Source of the DNA: Promethearchaeota archaeon
Lineage (GTDB): Archaea > Asgardarchaeota > Lokiarchaeia > Sigyniarchaeales > SOKP01
Direction of reading: 5' to 3'
Length of the DNA: 51,348 bases
Assembly (NCBI GenBank): GCA_048941285.1
Contig: JBHLNS010000019.1
Span: 1 to 51,348, forward strand
Shown here: positions 47,885 to 51,348 of the stretch, piece by piece
How the letters are laid out: every line of letters begins with the position of its first letter
How positions within the stretch are numbered: the stretch's first letter is position 1
Translations under genes and position numbers: made by a program
The notes under the pieces: model-generated
The model's input: the letters and a program-made list of their open reading frames with translations, nothing else
Database searches by the model: none
What the model was told of the DNA's origin: nothing

Positions 47885-49612
47885 TTGAAATCCAAAATGA
47901 CTAAAAAGAAAGTTTTAGCATTAATAGGGATTTTTTGTTTAATCCTATCGCTTTCAATAATAAATTTAAATATTAGAAGTTCAATAGCTTCAACTCCTTT
48001 TAATCCACCACCAGATCCTCCAAACGAGAATATATATTGGGATTTTGATGTTGGTAGGATTGTTGCTTGGGAGACGAGTTGTTATAATGGCACAGAGCTC
48101 CTTTCAGGGCCATTGAGGACAGTCTATAATATTTCTGATATCACTTATTTCAATAATTATAAAGGAAGTGGTGTTGATTATTACGGAATTATATTAACAC
48201 ATATGTTTTTTAATCCTAGGACAAATTTAATGGAAGAATTACCTTCTTATATATTCAATTGCTCATTAGTTAATTTTACGTATGGAGGAGTTGGTGATTT
48301 CGTGGGTTTTGATAATATGGCTCTATTTGAACCTATTTTTATTCCAATAAATGGAACTGATGGCTTAATTATAAAATGGTGTGCTGAGAGAATGAAGGAT
48401 GAATTTACATTCTTTTTAGGAGGAGATTTAAACCCAATCATATCACTTCCAGAACTTAATACGATATTACTTGAAAACAGTATGGGGTCTGGAGAATTTG
48501 TTAAATTGATATTTTATAATAATGGGACACTAAAGAGCGGGGAATTTCATACAACTATTAGTGCACCCATTCCATATACTCTTACTATTCATTTGAGGAG
48601 AGTATTTGATTTTAATCCTATTGATGATATAGAATGGGTCGTAGATATTGGAGATGTCTTTTATACAGGGTCTAAGTCTCTATTTAAAATGGAATATAAA
48701 ATTAAAATTATAGATTTTATTAATTCTATAAGATCTTCAGCGATGGGATTAACGAGTTTTCAAGAAGTTAGAGCGAACATTTTTCGATGGAATTGGCCAA
48801 CTGATTCTTGGATTTTATCCTATTCAAATATTACGATAGCAATTGCCAATGAAGACCTATTGATGACTACAGGTGAATATTTCATGAGTGGACAACCATT
48901 GTTAGTTCCTAAAGGAACTAAAGGGTATGAACTATATAACCTGCTTTATAATATAAGAATGTATGTTCCTAATTTTTATTCAGAATATAGCATAAATTTT
49001 GATGAATGCTGGATAAATATTGTCCATAAATCAAGTCAAGAAATTGTATTTTATTTAGAATATTACTCAAATGGCATTATAAAATACTTGTATAATACTA
49101 TTGATTTAACGGATTTTGACCAAGGTTTCTTATATTTTAAAAATTCAACAATAATCGAGGGAAGTTATAACTTCAAAATAAGTCCACATTGCACGACTGA
49201 TTTTAATGTTAATGTAGAGATTTCTGTTTTTGACATTACCCTTTTACTTTTTGCTGGATTGGTTGAAAATCCTACACCCCAACACTTTAAGGATAGTTTG
49301 CTTTACATTGACTTGTTTATAAACAAATCAAGTAATCTAAGAGCTCCTGTGAATATAACCATTAACTTTGATGGAAATAAGTATAAAGTTTTAGAAGTAT
49401 GGTGCTACAATCTTACAACTTTAGTATGGGAAAAAGCACATTTTACAGATCTTGGACATGGCATAATTCTCATCAGGGCAAATCACGTAGGAATTTTCGC
49501 TCTAGTTGGAATTGAAAAACAAAAACCAAACATAATTCCTTTCGGTAATTTTTACTTAATATATCTAGGTATCGCTATAATTGGACTTACAATTTATAAA
49601 AAATATAAATGA
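47885..49612 (+). CDS. cell-surface glycoprotein with two internal repeats and a C-terminal IPFGN-TM-basic sorting signal; ATG at 47897 is an alternative start
   Basis: Signal peptide, NPPPDPP, many sequons, C-terminus IIPFGNFYLIYLGIAIIGLTIYKKYK. Confidence 0.8.
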   Translation: MKSKMTKKKVLALIGIFCLILSLSIINLNIRSSIASTPFNPPPDPPNENIYWDFDVGRIVAWETSCYNGTELLSGPLRTVYNISDITYFNNYKGSGVDYYGIILTHMFFNPRTNLMEELPSYIFNCSLVNFTYGGVGDFVGFDNMALFEPIFIPINGTDGLIIKWCAERMKDEFTFFLGGDLNPIISLPELNTILLENSMGSGEFVKLIFYNNGTLKSGEFHTTISAPIPYTLTIHLRRVFDFNPIDDIEWVVDIGDVFYTGSKSLFKMEYKIKIIDFINSIRSSAMGLTSFQEVRANIFRWNWPTDSWILSYSNITIAIANEDLLMTTGEYFMSGQPLLVPKGTKGYELYNLLYNIRMYVPNFYSEYSINFDECWINIVHKSSQEIVFYLEYYSNGIIKYLYNTIDLTDFDQGFLYFKNSTIIEGSYNFKISPHCTTDFNVNVEISVFDITLLLFAGLVENPTPQHFKDSLLYIDLFINKSSNLRAPVNITINFDGNKYKVLEVWCYNLTTLVWEKAHFTDLGHGIILIRANHVGIFALVGIEKQKPNIIPFGNFYLIYLGIAIIGLTIYKKYK

Positions 49613-49849
49613 TTTTTTTTTCATATTTTATTAATTGTAATGCTATAAATGTATATTTATGAAATAATCAAGAAGTTAGGTTGAAATTCAAATAAAATTG
49701 ATTCAGATTTTAAACATAACTATCTAACACTTATGTAAATAATGTTTTATCTGTTTTATTCTCAAGACTATTCATTTCTTTTCTTGCAATTAAGCTAATG
49801 AAAAATATTTAAATAATTTATTACTACTTATTCATTAGATATCAATTTA

Positions 49850-51348
49850 GTGAAATCCAAAATGAATGAAAAGAAAGTTTTAGCATTAATAGGGATTTTT
49901 TGTTTAATCCTCTCGCTTTCAATAATAAATATAAATATTAGAAGTTCAGTAGCTTCAACTCCTTTCAATCCACCACCAGATCCTCCAAATGAGAATATAT
50001 ATTGGGATTTTGACCCTGGTACGATTGTTGGCTGGGAAATAAGCATTTATAATGGCACTGAGCTTTATTCAGGACCAATTAGGTATATTTTCAATATTTC
50101 AGATATTACTTATTTCAATAATTATAAAGGAAATGGCGTTAACTATTATGGAATCCAATTAACATCCTTATTTTTTAATACAACTACAAATTCATTGGAT
50201 CAAATGCCTTATCCTTCTCCTATAATAAATTGTTCTTTAGTTAATTTTACGTATGGAGGAGTTGGTAAGTTCTTGGGATTTGATGGTATGAGTCTATTCA
50301 CTCCCCTTTTTATTCCAATAAATGGAACTAATGGTTTAATGATACAATGGTGTGCTGAAAGAATAAAAGATGATTTTATGACTCTTTATATAGTTGGTAC
50401 AAATCCAATCATATCGTTTCCAGATGTTAATACGGTAATGTTTGAAAATAGTACAGGTTCAGGAGAATATATGAAAATGATATATTATAATAATGGTACT
50501 CTAAAAACTGGGGAAATTCACTCTACTTTTAGGGGAGGAAGTCCATATGCTGCTACTTTTAAAATTAATAGAATATTTGACTTCAATCCTCTTGATGACT
50601 TAGAATGGGGAATCGATATTGGAGATGTCTTTTATTTCGGATCGAAGTCTCTATTTAAAATGGAATATAAGATAGAAGTCATAGATTTTATTAATTCTTC
50701 AAGATCGTCACTGGTGGGATTCAATGGATTTCAAGAGGTTAGAGCAGACGTTTTTCATTGGGATTGGGCAACAGATTCTTGGATTTCAGACTATTCAAAT
50801 ATAAGTATTGCAATTGCTAATGAAGATCTAGTAATACTTACTGGTGAACATTTCATGAGTAGATTACCATTATTAATTCCAAAAGAAATGAGAGGTAGAG
50901 TCTTATATAACCTAATTAGAAATTTATTCTTGTATGATCCTAATTTTATTCTAGAATACAAGATAATTTATGGTGAATACTGGCTAAAAATTATCCATAA
51001 ATCAAACCAAGAAATTGTGTTGTATTTAGAATATTTCCCAAATGGAATCATAAAATACATGTCTAATAGTATTTATTTAACTGATTTTGACCAAGGGTTC
51101 TTATATTTTAAAAATTCAACGATAATCGAGGGAAGTTATAACTTCAACATCATCCCATATTTTACAACTGGGTTTAATGTTAATGTAGAGATTTCTGTTT
51201 CTGATGTTACCCTTCTACTTTTTGCTGGATTGGTTGAAAATCCTACACCCCAACACTTTAAGGATAGTTTACTTTACATTGACTTGTTTATAAACAAATC
51301 AAGTAATCTAAGAGCTCCTGTGAATATAACCATTAACTTTGATGGAAA
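49850..51348 (+). CDS. tandem paralog of the 47885..49612 surface protein, truncated by window end
   Basis: Not in the ORF track. From GTG 49850/ATG 49862 the frame is open to 51348 and collinear with copy 1. Confidence 0.9.
   Translation, partial: MKSKMNEKKVLALIGIFCLILSLSIININIRSSVASTPFNPPPDPPNENIYWDFDPGTIVGWEISIYNGTELYSGPIRYIFNISDITYFNNYKGNGVNYYGIQLTSLFFNTTTNSLDQMPYPSPIINCSLVNFTYGGVGKFLGFDGMSLFTPLFIPINGTNGLMIQWCAERIKDDFMTLYIVGTNPIISFPDVNTVMFENSTGSGEYMKMIYYNNGTLKTGEIHSTFRGGSPYAATFKINRIFDFNPLDDLEWGIDIGDVFYFGSKSLFKMEYKIEVIDFINSSRSSLVGFNGFQEVRADVFHWDWATDSWISDYSNISIAIANEDLVILTGEHFMSRLPLLIPKEMRGRVLYNLIRNLFLYDPNFILEYKIIYGEYWLKIIHKSNQEIVLYLEYFPNGIIKYMSNSIYLTDFDQGFLYFKNSTIIEGSYNFNIIPYFTTGFNVNVEISVSDVTLLLFAGLVENPTPQHFKDSLLYIDLFINKSSNLRAPVNITINFDG

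Noticed and set aside
48247-50046. Minus ORFs 48247-48441 and 49828-50046
   Set aside because: Antisense shadows of the surface-protein paralogs.
47885-51348. Diversity-generating retroelement TR/VR pair
   Set aside because: Differences are not adenine-specific, both copies are full ORFs, and no reverse transcriptase is present in the window.
1-51348. CRISPR array, rRNA, tRNA, transposase, integrase
   Set aside because: No regularly spaced repeats, long GC-rich structural RNA genes or recombinase/transposase motifs were recognised by eye.

Overview
AT-rich, gene-dense archaeal chromosomal window, most likely an Asgard archaeon of the Lokiarchaeia/Promethearchaeota type. This is inferred from aEF-1beta, a Zn-ribbon HVO_2753-like gene, RIO2, Sm, a Rab-like GTPase, a gelsolin-like domain, multi-PAS kinases and Loki-style surface proteins. 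About 1-39.8 kb is mostly housekeeping or metabolic: aroA/aroC, Clp1-like kinase, circularly permuted ATP-grasp ligase, orphan m6A methyltransferase, PPP phosphatase, Sm, RIO2, a por-type 2-oxoacid:ferredoxin oxidoreductase gene set interrupted by two PAS histidine kinases, mutS/mutL, Lrp and lpdA. About 39.8-51.3 kb looks accessory, with small hypotheticals, secreted/surface proteins and a tandem paralog pair running off the end. No rRNA, tRNA, CRISPR array, transposase or integrase was recognised. Most notable observations: (1) a roughly 100-nt structured RNA candidate with its own TATA-like box and U-tract, whose loop is an anti-Shine-Dalgarno sequence exactly complementary over 11 nt to the ribosome-binding site of the adjacent 88-aa gene; (2) a gelsolin-like domain fused to a multi-pass membrane region; (3) a diverged duplicate of the last 15 codons of lpdA enclosing a single small gene, resembling an integration scar; (4) an in-frame TGA inside an otherwise intact oxidoreductase; (5) an NPRL2-like winged-helix protein facing a Rab-like GTPase. 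All homology calls come from motif recognition by eye, not from database searches.
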